A stretch of DNA of 64,000 nucleotides from Rhina ancylostomus (GCA_030265395.1 JARFYF010000074.1:37676957-37740956); one strand, 5' to 3'; shown: positions 13,645 through 28,812, counted from the first letter of the stretch. The notes: a model not told the origin generated them from the letters alone. Program-made: numbers and translations.

Positions 13645-14450
13645 TAGAAATAGGAATAGGCCATTCAGCCCCAAAAAAATCAAGCTCCACTATTCAATGA
13701 AGCATGACTCAACTCCTGCCACTCGCACGCAGACCCTGATGATCAAGAATCTAGGCATCTCTGATTTAGAATTAGAAGACCTACCATTGACTTCCGTTAG
13801 TTTCCAAACTTCTAACGCTCTTTCAATGCAGGATGGTTTCTTAACTTCATTAATGCTCCTCCTCTTAGTCTGCTTACTAAACAGCAATCATTTTTGTGTC
13901 AAGCTCTCTTAATAATTGAAAATTTTGATCAATCTACCCAATTACCTACAAAATACCATTGATAAAAACTCAAGTTTATGGAATTTCTCTTAATAATTTA
14001 TACCTGGAATTCCAGACTTTTAATAAATCTTTGTTGCAATTACTCCAACGCTATGGTGTGGTGCTCAGAAATGCTCCCATACTTTCAGTTGTATGCACAA
14101 GACTTTAAGTAGCTATAGCACAACTTCTATCCCCTGAATTCTTGTTCCCTTGACATATAGATCAGCATTCTGTTTCAGGTTTTTATTTTCTCTGCAGTTT
14201 TCTATCATTCAAATAATTTATAAATACCGCTAACTATCTGCCACCCCGACCCAAACCTTTGCAGGATATCCTCATACATATCTTGCCAATTTGGGTACCA
14301 AACCACTCATCCTATTCTATGCCACCTGCCCTTAACCAATTTCCTAAACTGACAAGTAATTTGGTTTCAATTTTAGGAGCTTTGACTTACAGTCTATTTT
14401 CAAATAGCTTCTGGACGTCCTGGTAAATAGCATCCAAAGACATCCTCTTT
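13645..14450 (-). mobile_element. Old CR1-type 3' relic
   Basis: catagaaataggaataggccattcagccc tail typical of reverse-strand CR1 ends. Confidence 0.45.
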
Positions 14451-14464
14451 ACTATACTTATTTT

Positions 14465-14670
14465 CAGAATCTGGGCATCACCAGTAAGGACAACGTTTGA
14501 TACCCCTTCCTAACTGGCCTTGAGAAAGTGCTGGTGAGCCACCTTTGTGAACTGCTGCAGTCCTTCTGGTGAAGGTACTTTGACAAGGCTGGATTGAGAT
14601 CCAGTGAAGACAAAGGATTAAGATATTGGGAGTAGGTATGCAATTTGGAGGGAAAATTGCAGAAAATGCT
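14465..14670 (-). mobile_element. Ancient LINE 3' tail relic
   Basis: ccttgagaaagtgctggtgagccacc...gaactgctgcagtcc, shared with the 57920 copy. Confidence 0.55.
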
Positions 14671-14827
14671 ATTTTTGAATAAATTCAGTAGTATTGTCTA
14701 TCGATTACTTATCGTGCATCAGATACTTTTGATATTTTCGTTTGGCAAATAAAAAATCCAGTCTTCCAAACTTCCCATCAGTGATGGGTCAGAGAGCTTG
14801 CCTCTGCTTTTTTTTAAACATTTTTAA

Positions 14828-15238
14828 GTTTTATTTACAGCGTGGTAACAGGCCCTTCCGGCCCAACGAGTCCACACCGCCCATTTTAAGCCCCAAATTA
14901 ACCTANNNNNNNNNNNNNNNNNNNNNNNNNNNNNNNNNNNNNNNNNNNNNNNNNNNNNNNNNNNNNNNNNNNNNNNNNNNNNNNNNNNNNNNNNNNNNNN
15001 NNNNNTTTTATTTACAGCGTGGTAACAGGCCCTTCCGGCCCAACGAGTCCACACCGCCCATTTTAAGCCCCAAATTAACCTACCCGTACGTCTTTGGAAT
15101 GTGGGACGAAACTGGACTACCAGGAAGAAACCCACGCAGACACGGGAGAATGAACAAACTCCTTACAGGCAGCAGCGGGAATCGAACCTGGGTCGCTGGC
15201 GCTGTAATAACATCATGCTAACCACTACACTACCATGC
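14828..15238 (-). mobile_element. Young tRNA-derived V-SINE (tail duplicated across an assembly gap)
   Basis: Minus strand has A box TAGTGTAGTGG, B box GGTTCGATTCC and a V-domain-like core; CpGs retained. Confidence 0.8.
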
Positions 15239-16494
15239 TTTCATGCTTTTCCCCAACAAATCCACTGCCTCTCCCTTCACTTCTCCACTTCCCTAGGGAG
15301 TTTTTTTTGGGGGGGGGGGGGGGGGTGGCCAAATATACCTGCACCTAGTGACCACTGAAGAAATAGGGGAGAGGAGAAGATTTGCTCAATAATTGCTGAA
15401 CTGTTAACCATTTCATACTAAATCAAATGAAGGCTACCAAAATACATTTGCGTTAAAAATCCTGTGGCCAGTCTAAAGAGAAAATACACCTTGCTCCCCT
15501 TCTGAAAAGTCAGATTTTTCCTTTGTCTCCTTTTACTACACAAGGGAAACCCAATAATGTTACCTTCACAAATTACTCGACAATGGAGCGTTTGACACCA
15601 CTTCAGAAGTTTCCTTATATAAACCAGTCATGTTCTCATCTTTCATGCCCAAATTAAACTAGATTAAAATTGCACATGACAGCTGCACAACAGTGAGGAG
15701 ATCAGAAGACCACCTTGTTTAGAAAACTTGCAATACTTTCAATTTTCTGAAAGGCACATTGGATGCAGACTTGTTTTTGTTCACAGGTTAGATATTAGCT
15801 TTTTCCCTCAGCACCTCATGACTTATAATTTTTTCAGTCTGTCACCAAGTCAAATGATTTCCAATGGAGTTGATAGGATCATGAAAGTCTTCACGCCTTC
15901 TAATGACAGGTAAACTACACTGCTGCACAGGTTGGCATGGTTAAGAATGCCTGGAAAATTCTGCTGAGAATCCCAACAGTGCAACAAAAACCATTGGTAC
16001 TCGTCTTACCATTCATTATAGCTTTCTCTCTCAACTTGGCAGGCCTAGTGATATTTAAAAAAACTACAAATGATAGGTCTTTCCTCTCAAACATCATTGT
16101 TTGAGTTATCTCAGGATGTTGACAGCTTTGGCATGGTGAGTTCAGTGATTCCTAATTGATTGGAGCTTACTAAAAAATTAAACAAATGCATATGGATGAG
16201 AAGTTTGAAAAATCACTCCTGCTTTTCAGTAACAAATATTTCATGAGGCATTTAGCTATTTCATAGATAATCGGTGCAAGATGTATTAATGGAGATCCTG
16301 ATGCTTTATATAGAAGGAGAACAGGAAAAAAAATGTGTAGCACAATTCAATTCTGCAACACAGGTAGTAGCCTGGTAACAAACCTTGAGAATCTTTCAAG
16401 CATGAATTCTAATGTACACATTGACGGGAGAAAAGAAATTCAAGTAATCATAAAGCAAAATAGGTTATGAAACTATTCAACAATTTAATCGTTA

Positions 16495-16746
<252 letters not shown>

Positions 16747-17271
16747 TCAAAATTCAATTTATTAAAACATTCCCAATTATCCAATGTATACATAGTTAAA
16801 AACAATTTTATTTGTCCTGAAAAAATAAAAGCAGAATCAAATAAGGAAAATAAAATTTTTGAGTTAAGCTAATTTAGAGAGCACTTGATATTGTTAGTCC
16901 AAGTGACAAAAGGAAGTAGGGCCAAAAAACAGAGCAAATTATACAACTGAATGAGTCTTGTAAGTGGACAAGATAAAGCTGATCCATCAGAAATAAACAT
17001 CTAAGTGTTATATTTGTTACATTTATAATTTATCTATACAACACTTACAGATTTAGATAAAAGATAATTTAGCCTGAAACAACTCTTTCCTGCTATAGAT
17101 GCACTCTTACCTGTTGAGATTTTCCAGCACATTTGGTTTTAATTTTATATCTTGTTTTATCTACATTGCATTGGCTATCAATTTTACAGATAAAAGCCTT
17201 ACATTGAGCTGAATATTTGTTAGAATACAGCTGTGGGAGCACATGGAACAGTTAAAACACAAAATTTATGT

Positions 17272-17700
17272 TGTGGCGACTTACCTTTCACGAACCTGCT
17301 CCCACGATTGCGAGCGTCGTCGGAGGCCCCGACACAAGATGGCGCGGGGCACTCCTTCTNNNNNNNNNNNNNNNNNNNNNNNNNNNNNNNNNNNNNNNNN
17401 NNNNNNNNNNNNNNNNNNNNNNNNNNNNNNNNNNNNNNNNNNNNNNNNNNNNNNNNNNNACCTTTCACGAACCTGCTCCCACGATTGCGAGCGTCGTCGG
17501 AGGCCCCGACACAAGATGGCGCGGGGCACTCCTTCTCTGTGGGCTAGTGGAGCCCGCTTGCGGGAAGGTCACGTGACCTGCACGTGATGTCAGCGCGGGA
17601 ACGGTGTTTATTAAAGGGGCAGCGCGCCCCAGTCGTGCATTTGACTCTTGGACTCCAAACAAGTGTCCCGTGTCTTTATTCAGTGTAGCTAGTCGCTACA
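17272..17700. mobile_element. Solo LTR, Ty3/Gypsy-like, with 4-bp target-site duplication ATGT
   Basis: TGTGGCGACT...AGTCGCTACA inverted termini (9/10); ATGT at 17268-17271 and 17701-17704; CpG-rich; internal gap with duplicated flanks. Confidence 0.85.
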
Positions 17701-18567
17701 ATGTCATTAATATTTTAAAAACTGCATGCCTATCCTAGGCAAAACATAGGATGATACTTTAATGCTATTACTTTAGGTAGATTGAATCTACCTTTTCTAG
17801 CCTCTCCTACAAGATTATATAAAAAGTGGTGCAAGGGGCAAGTGGTATTTGGTCATTATAGTCAGACTATCCTGGTGTAGGGTTTGATGAATTAGCCAAT
17901 TGTTTTTCACTAATGTGTCTGTATAATTCAGTGTTTCAGATACATAGTCTAAGTTTACATCCATACTTTTATGATACTTTGCCATTATAAAACAGCCTAT
18001 GATATAAATGAACATTAAAAAAATATTGAAACCCATCTAATTTCATAAACCACTTCATTAACAACTTGCCTCTGTATGGTAGCTTTAATGTGATAAAATG
18101 ACCAGAGGCAATTTACGTCTCAGAATCATGGGCTTCGCATTGGAGACTTTAAAATAGTTGGATAAAAAGGTACAGTGGAATGTAGACATCCGATATATAC
18201 AGCAAGGGGGTAAAAGTCAAAGGTTCATGAAAAAAACCTAAGAAATAGAAGTGTGTGCAACAGTCAGGAAAAATCAACCAATAAAATTAAGAACAAATGA
18301 TTCTCCACCTATTTTGTCACAATGCACTAAACAGAAAACCAAATAAGAATTCTTTTTCCCCCAAACTAGAAACAAATTTTAATTTTATGCAAAATGCCCT
18401 CCACTACATGGGCACATTTACAGATCCGCAAGAATGTAATAATCAAAATGAAAATGAAAATGAAATTTCCACATGAATTACCAAATCACAATAAACTGAT
18501 ATACTAATGTGGGAAGATGGAACAATGTTCAGAATCAAAAAACATTTTACAGGAAGTTGTTGGCTTA

Positions 18568-18660
<93 letters not shown>

Positions 18661-19379
18661 TTAAGTTATAACTATTTTAAAGGAATTTGACAATAATTCC
18701 ACAATTTCAGTCCAACACCATATTAATTACCACCACAAAATCCTAAATTTTATCCGAATAGAAGCAAACTTGTAGCCAAACTTGTAAAATTAGCCTTCTG
18801 CTTAGACAACCTTTGATAAAGGTTTGTCCAGTTGAGCAGATCTTAGAACACAAAGCTATGTATTACAGAAGTAGTAACACGACTAAAGGTCAAAGATTCT
18901 CATTTCTAGTAGCAAGCTTTTAAAATAATAGAACATTTAGCACTACAGCATAGTGCCGCCCACAATAATAATGGATAATAAGCAAAATGACAAAGTAGGA
19001 CACCGAACCATAGTCCATCCCAGTTAAGCCAAGCTGAAGCAGGGTTCCAGAGGTGCTGTAAAAACCTACAACTGTCCGTAGTGAGTGGATCACACTGGCC
19101 ACTTATGTGACAATCAACTGAATTGGAATATGGATGTGCAATGCCAAAGGTGCTTTGTGCATTAATACACTGAATAAATGGAGGACCAGGAACAAAATTT
19201 GTGGATTTGACTTTCCAAGCAGCAAGTCCCCAATTTTCAATTTTTCTTCATAGAAATTGGATCATGTGGCATTACTCAAACGAATACTATTGTTCACATA
19301 TGTGCTGATAACATCCAATACTCAATCACCACTTCTCTTAACCCTTCCTTTGTCTCTAAAATGTATAGACTAGCCAAAA

Positions 19380-20110
19380 TTAAATACTGGGAAAATTCAG
19401 AATTTGGTCCCAATCATAAAATTTGAACCACAATCACTGGCTCCATTCAACTCTTTGGCAACTGTCTGAAACTGGACTGGATTGCTCAAAACCACAGCAA
19501 TATATTTAATGCTGTAATAATCTTTTCATCACATATACATGCCATCACTGAAACCACAATTGTAGTTCTATTTTCATATCAACTCTACCTCCACCTCAGC
19601 TTACGGACAATGGAATTTTTCAGTCAAGTCTTTTACCTCCAAACTGGACTATTCCAATACTTTGAACTCTATCCACTTATTTTAAGTGTGAGATCATCTA
19701 AAACTTCACTGCCAATGCCCCCATGTTGCACTGTCCCAATAACAATCACCATGGTGCTTATTGATAAGCAATACCTCAGTCTTAAATTATTCATATTTTC
19801 AACACCTACCATAGTCTTTCACCTCCCCATCGCTCACTCCAACAGTTATATAATCTGTGCTCCTTCAGTTTTGGCCTAATGATCATCCTCTAAACATGTT
19901 CTCTCCATCACTGCAGCCATCGATCAGCTTACCAAAACTCCAAGCTCTAGAATTTCATCCCCAAAGCTCTCTCATTCCATCTTTCTTCTCTGACCAAGAA
20001 TTTGGACATTTGCCTCAACGCCCCCCTACATACCTTGGTCAAAGTTTGTTTCCCGGTGCTTTGAAGTTTTGCTGCATTCAAAATGCTAAATATATAACAT
20101 TTATTGTAAT
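19380..20110 (+). mobile_element. Decayed L2-like LINE 3' region
   Basis: Pyrimidine-rich, with motif similarity to the 20930 and 63290 relics. Confidence 0.4.
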
Positions 20111-20929
20111 TATAAAAATACCTGCCAAATATCTAGGTTCTTTAAAAGCCCTGATACATCTATTCTGTTTTACTTACATACGTTTCAGCTGTTCATAGGT
20201 TCTTCCACAATGTTGAAACCATAATGAAACAGGAAACTCACGAAATATTAAAAGATTGAATTTTGTTTTTAAAAAACACAACATGAAAATAGTAATTATC
20301 TAGAATTCTAGAACCATGAAGTACTTAGCAGAACATACAAATCTGTCATTTCCAGTACAATTAAGCAGAAAACTGGATGCATTTTAAAATACTGCGATTT
20401 TGAACGCTATCTTGGCTTGCATCTTTCACAACTTCATGCTACTACTAAAGCATTTTACAACAGCTTCAAAAGGGAATACCAGCCTCTGTAATCCAACAGA
20501 TATATTTTACTTATAATCTACTCGGTGGAGTCGTACAACAAAAGGACCAACTACTACTCTAGCTGTAAATGATCTACTTATTAAACCAAGTCTTGTGCTA
20601 TGTTATACCAAGTCATATCTAGTTATGTAAAGCCAAGGGTAGGCACTAATTAGCATTTTGTTTTACCAAACACAAATACAATATATAAACTGCCCCCCCC
20701 CAGTACTAATGAATACAGAATAAATATAGTTTAAAAAGTTTGTATTTCATCAGTAATTTCATCAGTAATTTATCAGTTTGCTGATAAATTGCAAGAAGTC
20801 TCAAAATTTAAGTAAAAAATTGTAGGTACTGTATCTACAAGTGTGCTAACATCATTTCTCACTGTACACTGATCACATCGCAAAGCTGTGTGGCAGGTAG
20901 TCAATGATGACTGATGCAGCTACAATTTC

Positions 20930-21350
20930 CTCCTGGAGAAGTAGTTCAAATTCCCAACTTCTGTAACTTTCTCTAAAACCAGCCCCTTTCCTTACATTGC
21001 CTCTCCTCTGTTCAATTCCACATACATGAACACAAGTTGATCCAGTGGCCTCACTTCTGCCACAACCATCCTCTTTGCTCCTCGGCCTTACATTTCTCAC
21101 CTCCCCAAATCTGCTTCTTCTCTTTTCTCCTTTTCTTCACACCATTATTGAAAGTCAAGCCTTCAGCCTCTTGGATCACTGCTTGTAAATTCCCTTCCTA
21201 AACTCTCTCTCCCCACATGTCAAAACAGCTAAAATTCTGCTTTTTGAATGAACTTTTAATCAGATCCTCTGTCACACTTTCTGATTTTCACTATGTGGTG
21301 CTTTTGACAGTTTTCTTACTACATTAAAGATGCTGTTAAATGTTGATGTA
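20930..21350 (+). mobile_element. L2-like LINE 3' tail relic
   Basis: gccttcagcctcttgg...aattcccttcctaaactc...tacattaaagatgctg tail motif. Confidence 0.45.
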
Positions 21351-21599
21351 TTTCTTTTAAAGTCAGTGCAATAAATCTAATTTTCTTCTGTTACTTTCAG
21401 AACATCAACAAGAGAATTAAAGGTGAGCTCTGTGCTTCAGTTCACACTTTAACTTCCATGAAATCACTGTAATGGCAACAAGATGCTCATTAGCAAATGA
21501 TGTCCAACATTGATACTCTATAATCTTTCACCTTAGCCTCAGTTAGTATCAGTTCTGTCTTCAAGACAGCAGCTATCCACAGCCTCTGAGTACTTGTGG

Positions 21600-21750
21600 A
21601 CTTGACAATATAACATTGGCCAATATTTCCTGTCCTAATTTGTGGGATCTTGCAGTGTTTAACTGGCTGACATATTTAGCTATTTAACAATGAAAGTATA
21701 CATTCAGAAGGTAAAATTGAGTCCTTCAGAATGCCCCAAGATGCTTTCTA
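21600..21750 (+). mobile_element. Deu-type SINE 3' relic
   Basis: tgtgggatcttgcagtg...tggctg resembles recalled SacSINE1/AmnSINE-type consensus; highly diverged. Confidence 0.35.
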
Positions 21751-23619
21751 GAGGAAAAGTTCTCTTTCTGAACAGTCAGTGGTTGTTTTCTCAGCTGGAA
21801 TGGAAAACCATCACAGCAAGATCCATCATCTTCACTGGTTTCAAATTCCAATCTGGATAAGAAATACACTAAGCAGGGGATACACATTTCCCCTAAATTG
21901 TACAAGTATGGAAGGCAGATTTTGATTCATGTGCATTTAACTAGTGTGCAAGCTAATTTTCATTATCATGAGATCTATAGTTTCTTTCATTTTCAATTAG
22001 TTCTCAAAAAACTTTGACGTGTTACTAATTAATTTGTAAGTTTGGAAACCCAGCAGATGGCTTGTAATATAAAAATAGAGCTGGTCATGTGCATTTAGGG
22101 CTTAGTTGTAGAGTTCACAGCAGGGCCAGGGGAAGTTGGGTGGTGCTGCTTTACACTCCTGTTGATTGCAAAAGACTTGTGTTATCAATTCAAACAGAAA
22201 CAATAAAACATCTCTACTGTGTATAAAACCGGCAAAGCTGCATCAAATTTGAAATCATTTACAGCAAACTTTAAAACCTTTAACAAATAAAGCACAGATT
22301 TAAAAAAATATAACTTCCTCTCTGTATATTCAAAGTAACTACCATTATATAGTGCATTCATTTTAGTTGGCAAGGTGACTTCATGCAGGATTAAATTGCA
22401 ACTGCGGACAAACTGCAAAATAAAACAGCCAAGCTCAATCATGTCTACACCCAACATCCACATGTGTACTTCCTGCACATGCTGCTGCATAGAAATTGAG
22501 AACGCATCATAATTTTTCCTTCCAAATACACCAGCTTTTTCTTATGCAAATACCATTCTTAATAATTGAATGTTCTTTTCCACATTGTAAATAAGTGTAA
22601 TCAATTGTTCAGCCAATGCAGAGTGGTCTGCTGGAATATTTCTTCAAATTCAAACTGTAGCCATTCTGACCTGTAAACAATTTACTGCTAAAGGAATGCA
22701 GCAACAGCCCAATGTGCCCTTGAACCCAGTCCAGTTAAAATACAGCTGATCTGCACCTTGACACAATTTATGTACTTTGCTAGGCTTTCCTGGATGACTT
22801 TTCGTACAATGAAAAGCACACTCCATCTCAGTTGCAACTGATCTGGCACTTGTGGTAATTTTGGAGAAAGATTTCTAGTTTCCCCAGTCTATCCAGTGTC
22901 TGATAGAGCATTCACTGATGAGGCTCAGTTGCTAGCTTTACATTTTAAATAGTTAAAAGGTGCAGAATTTTTTGTCAGGCTTGGTGGGTGGCAGCAGGCA
23001 AACAGGGCAAGGTGGCGGCAAAAAGATGTTGGAACAAACCCAAATGTGCAAGGTGGCTCCAAACTCAAAGGACTGGAGTTGCTAACAGTGGTTTAAAGGA
23101 CATGGTTATTACTTGTATTCCAACAATGATGCCAGCATTCTCAGCATCTTTCATATTATAGAAAACTACATTTGGTAGAAAGTGTTCAATCATGGCTGTT
23201 ACAGCTAAGAATTTGCCCTAATTTAAAATGGAAATTTGTTCCAGATGAAGCATCTCGCGCAAAAAGAGAATGCTAAAATGCTTGGGAGCTCTTATTTTCA
23301 TTCCAGTGTCCCAAACAAAATGCCATGCATCTTTCAGGTTATTGGAACTAATCTTGTCAGATGTTTAACTGATGATAAGCATGCAACAAGATTGTGCTGT
23401 TCATTATTAAGTGCCTTAAAGTTTTCAGGAGTGGATGTCAAAGACTTAAAAACAACGGTAGAGAGTAATAAATAGAACAACTTGGATTCATGTAGAATCT
23501 CAGTTGAAGTTATTGTAAAATGCCATCAATGCTTTAATACTGCAAAGATGACATCCAATTTCTACATACATTCCAGAAATAGCAGCATGATCAATTTTAT
23601 TAATGCTAACTGAGTGACA

Positions 23620-23770
23620 AATTTTGGCCAGCAACTGAACTGTTGTGTTTCTTTTCAGAATTGACCATGGAATGCATTAAGTCCATAAAAGAATTGGGAG
23701 CCCGTTTAACATCTTGACCAGAAGGACAACATTTAAGTGTACAACTTGCTCAGTACTAGGTGGGTATGTT
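23620..23770 (-). mobile_element. Deu-domain SINE relic
   Basis: ccatggaat...gcccgtttaacatct...ctcagtact resembles the reverse complement of the recalled Deu domain; second relic at about 35830-35935. Confidence 0.4.
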
Positions 23771-23914
23771 CATCTCTGGGTATACCAAGCTATAGATAAT
23801 AACCCCATGAGAAGTAGCTGCAAAAGTCTGTTAATGAATAAGTTTCTTATTCTTTCAAAATGGATACAAATCACATTATTCAAAGCACCCAACAAACAAA
23901 CATGATTTCTGAAG

Positions 23915-24405
23915 AGACAAGAGACTGTAGTTGTTGGAATCTGGAGTAACAAAAAGTGTTGGAGGAACTCAGCAGGTCAGGCAGCATCTGTGGAGGGAAA
24001 TGGACTGTCGACATATACAACTCAATAGCACAAACATTGAATTCTCCAGTTTCAGGTAGACTGCTCCCCCTCCATCCCTTGTCCCTCTCTTCCCAATCTA
24101 TCCAGTTCCTTCTACACCCACCCCACCCCAACCCAACCCCCCATCGTCCTGCTTCTTTCCCCTCCTCCACCCACACACTCCTCCCACTGGGTCCCCTCCC
24201 CTTCCTGTCCTCATCTGCCCACCCCATCTCCTTTGTTTGGTTCCATGTTGCTTCAATCTTTGCTATCAGATTCTATCTGCAGCCCTCTGTTGCCTCTATC
24301 GCTATTTCCACTCCTCCATCTGTCTATCATTCCTCCTCATCTAGATCCACATATCAATTGCCAGCTCTTTCTCCAACCCTCCCCCTCACCTCTTTGTACT
24401 TTTTC
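23915..24405. mobile_element. Truncated Penelope-like insertion with inverted terminal segment
   Basis: Minus-oriented terminus (ggaggaactcagcaggtcaggcagcatctgtggagg, 23920-24014) abuts plus-oriented GIY-YIG end/3'UTR (aacattgaattctccagtttcagg). Confidence 0.7.
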
Positions 24406-25011
24406 TGAATACTTGTTAAGAATGTTACGAGACAAACGGCTACTTCCACAATGATAATTCTGTGATCTAGTATTGACGCCACTTGTGCTTTCGCCAAAAG
24501 GGAATAAAAATCTATTTTCTTCTTTTGCTGAATTGTACATTTCCTGTGGCCAAAAGAATAAAACTACTTCAAAAATTGTCTCATGTCGTTCTACAAAAAG
24601 GCACCCAGTTCAGATTCTAATCGCACTGACTTACAAAACAAAAAGTGTCTTGTGCAACAGGATCACAGATGAAAGTGAAAAGCAAATGCTCTTTGGCAAA
24701 TAGTTCCAGATATTTTGTGAAGTACTCTGGTAAACTGGAGCAAATCGCCACGAAGCATCTTTTCCTGCTGCTGAACATACATAATCTGTAACCACAAGCA
24801 GTTTCTTCTTCAAATGCCACTAAATTTTGGAACTCAAAAGCTACACACTCATTTCACAGGTAATTCTATTTAAAGGATAATGAACACCTTCTCAGAATTA
24901 ATACTGCTTGATCCGTACTTGTTACTGAAAATATTTTACTCTTTTCTATTCGGTTTAAACTTATTTTCTTCCTTTAGACCTTACAAATTAGTAGATGGCT
25001 CTTTTCACTTA

Positions 25012-25221
<210 letters not shown>

Positions 25222-26395
25222 TTACAAGGGGATACCACCTGCAAGCAAGGAGGGTGGAGGTTGTGAGGGAAGGGGCGAGGGGAAGGTTCATTGACAAATG
25301 GCAAAAAAGTTGTGACATTAGGCCCTGCAATCAGAACTGTAAATTAGCCAGGTTAGCAAGAGCAGAGTGGTAGCTATGCTACAAATCACAATACCATTCA
25401 AGATCCTGCTCACACAATATCAATGCCAAGGATTCAGCTCTTTTTGGTCCACAAAGTATTAACACCTGCTTGGGGTCTGAAAACTGCCAAATAAAACACT
25501 GCAGTCTCTGCAGCATGGATTCCACTCCTTCCCAATGTCAATTGCTATCAGTCACCAACCACAGTGGAAATCACTGGTGTTCATCAAAAGATGTATCATT
25601 AAAAAGTCACTTATTGTGCTTTCAATAAATGCATCATAATGAAGAATTCACAAACAGACTTAGATTTAAAAAAGACTCCAATATTTAGTTAACTTTTCAA
25701 ACATATTAAAATGTCAGAGATAGAGACAGGCACACAAAATCAAGGTAGAAGCTAAAAAGGTAGTTCCACAAATTTTTAAGTATTTTAAAAAGCATGGATT
25801 TTTTTGGAAATATTTGTTAGGGTTGTTGAGCTTGTTAAGCAGTAATTTTGGCCTGGAACATTATTAAATACTGTTACAGCTCATACAGCAAGTTGTAACA
25901 TTTTCAGGATTTTTACTTGGCATCAGAACAGCTTGTCTCAGCAATTCATTCATTTCTGATTAACCTAAAGGTCACATCTGCACACCCTGTGGAGGAGCTG
26001 GATATCACTGACCCAGCTGCAGATTACCCTGTTTATCTGCATACACGTGCTCCAGAAGCTACAACAGAGCATGCTTCTAATACAAGGCATGCAGATTCTG
26101 TGCATTTGGCTGGTCATGATGAAAGGCTCAGAGATAAACAATTGTAGGATATAGAATGTCAGAATAAGAGACAAACTAGGACATTAATTTGAAACTATAT
26201 TTGGAAATGGCAATCTGCATACTGTGCCAAAAAGCTAAATAGCCATAAGAGGCATTGGGTAGGTAGGTATGGAAGACTGAGCTCTAATGGGCCACAAGCA
26301 AAAGTAATGCAAAAATTATTGAAATATCATATTCTGAAAATAATGAACATATCAAATATTACACGCACAATAATTTAAAATCATTGGAAGCCTAC

Positions 26396-26444
26396 CCAGC
26401 ATTGTGGCATCCACTGCACCTCCAGGACAGAATTCGATCATAAT
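26396..26444 (-). CDS. STK10: STK10 exon 3 (49 nt): IMIEFCPGGAVDATML(E)
   Basis: ttttaaag acceptor, G|GTAGG donor; hinge region; phase 0 to 1. Confidence 0.95.
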
Positions 26445-28599
26445 CTTTAAAATTAGAAAAGAAAAAAGGCACAAAAATTTTGGGTAAAACCAATATTCAT
26501 TCAAACATGTCAGAAACCCATTCTGTATTGTATAATCCAACAAACATCCAATTACCCAGTTATTGAGGATATTAAGTAAAAGCATCAGTTTCCTGCTAGT
26601 GCCTAACCAATTGATCACCATGCAAAAGGACAGCCTCATGAAGGAAACCCATTCATCTGGTCTGTGCTGGACCATTTTGCTGTGAAGTGGAGATATATTC
26701 ATTGTGCAACCAAAAGATACAGAAGCTACATATTCCACAATGTAGAAACAGTCCTCTCTCAACAAGAACAATAGGAGTCATTGAAAATGGGATTTAGAAG
26801 ATTTGATATTTAGGCAACATATTCCTCAATCATTTGGAAATTTTGACTCAGTTGGCAAAGCAAAGAAAAAGACGAAAGCATGAGTGGTTTTTAATTTGAC
26901 AGATTGTGGCATGGCATGCCAATGGAATTGGAAGACAAAACACAGGAATTAGTGCTGGTTGATAATTTGGACTGCAGAATTGCCCAGAGCCTCATCCCTT
27001 TGAAGGAAAATATGCAATACAAGCATGGATTAATGGATTTGATGTCAGATCAGGGTTGAACACACGACTTCCAATAAGCTGAAGCCAGTACGTTTATTCC
27101 TTAACATGACAAAAAAACTTGACAATTCTCTTTGGACAATGACTTTAGCAAGTCCAACAAATTTACACTAAAAGTTTCAGTATGTCCATATTTTGTCAAA
27201 ACAGTGCAAACAGGCAAAGTACTACTAATAGGATCTACTCATGACAACTGAAACACAAACACTGGAAATTTGAAAAAACAAAAATCAGAACTAAAAAAAT
27301 ACAGGTCATCAACATGTGTGGAGCACAAAGACTATGTTTTACACACTTATTGTTCATATGTAACGAAAGCATCAAACATTTGTTCTTCCTGCAGTCACTA
27401 GTTGACCTTTTTGGCTTTTGCTTCTTTCCATTGCTGAAACCACAACAATCTCACAGCAGGCACTGCAATGATCAGTGACTGACTGCAGTTTAAAAAAGAA
27501 AATATAAACTGATTCAAAATATTTCCCACATCAAGGGAACTTCCTGCTATCAGAGCATGTGCCTTCTGCCTTCTTGACAACAAAAGGCAGGAACACACTG
27601 GTATGCTGATTGAAAGCATTTTTCCTGCTAATGTTAACAGGGTATGCCAGACATCCTGTTTTGACAGTATATTACAGCCATCAGAACTGGAAGTGAAAGG
27701 AACATACTGCTGGCCTAAATCATGATCAAACCAAAATACACAATAACCACAAACTCATGGTAATTCACAAATTCACAGCATTTATCATAGCCCGTTTCAT
27801 GAAAATGAATTTTCTTTTAAAAAAGCATGATTGCTCAGTTCACTGAAATTGAAAATTAAACCAGCCAAGTTTTGACATGTCACCAAACAGCTTGCTATGC
27901 AGCCAGCAAAGATGATTAAAGGGTCCAGCGAGCAAGCTCCTACCCGGTTTGTGTCTCATATGACAGTATGAGAGTCCTGGCACATCATGCATTTCTCATT
28001 AAAACACAAACTGTATTTAAACTGGTACCATTTCATGGAACAGACAAAAATTTAACTATTTTGCAGCTGTCAGCTACAACTTCAAATCTATACAGTTCAG
28101 TTTAAGCCTCCATTCAATACTGCCTGAAGCAATAACTAAGTCCTTTCCTTACACAGTTCTGCTCTTTACATCTTTTAGCCTGCATAGAAAGCTTAACTTT
28201 GTTGAAATTAAACTAAAATTTCTTTGCCCTGCAAGTAGAAAACACTGAAAATTTACTCCAGAAGAAATATATTTATTAATTCTGTTAAAGATACATCAAG
28301 TGTAGGAAACAAGACTTCATAGCACTTTTCCATCTGGCATCTTACACTAAGAAAGTTTAAAAATAGTTTATAATAGTCATAGTTTAAAAATGCCTCTGGC
28401 ACTAGCCTATAAAGTACTCGCATAATGACCAGTACATCTAACCTTGCTCCAACCCTGGTTCTCCAATGAATGTTGGGTAGCTTGGGACTACCCTCAACTG
28501 AGGGCTAGATTTATTTTCTGGATCTACGGCTTTAAGGCAACTATTGCTGCCATATCTAGAGCTGTCCCAAACATTTAAACGGTGTTGCCAGTCTGGATG

Positions 28600-28812
28600 G
28601 AAAATGTAAGCAGTTTGTCTCACCAGCACCTCTACTTCCTCAGGAAGTGAAAGAAATTTGGCATGTCCCATTTGACACTCACCAACTCTTATCAACGCAC
28701 TATAAAAAGCATCCCATGTGGATGCATCACGGCATGGTATGGCAACTGCTCTGCCGTGACCACAAGAAACTATAGAGAGTCATGGACACAGCTCAGCACA
28801 TCACGAAAACCT
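28600..28812 (+). mobile_element. Rex1/Babar-like LINE ORF2 C-terminal fragment
   Basis: LTNSYQRTIKSIPCGCITAWYGNCS; homologous to the reverse strand of 62570-62730. Confidence 0.75.

Noticed and set aside
14828-15083. Apparent direct repeat of about 78 nt (also 17283-17359 versus 17460-17536)
   Set aside because: Exact copies flanking 100-N placeholder gaps; scaffolding overlap artefact
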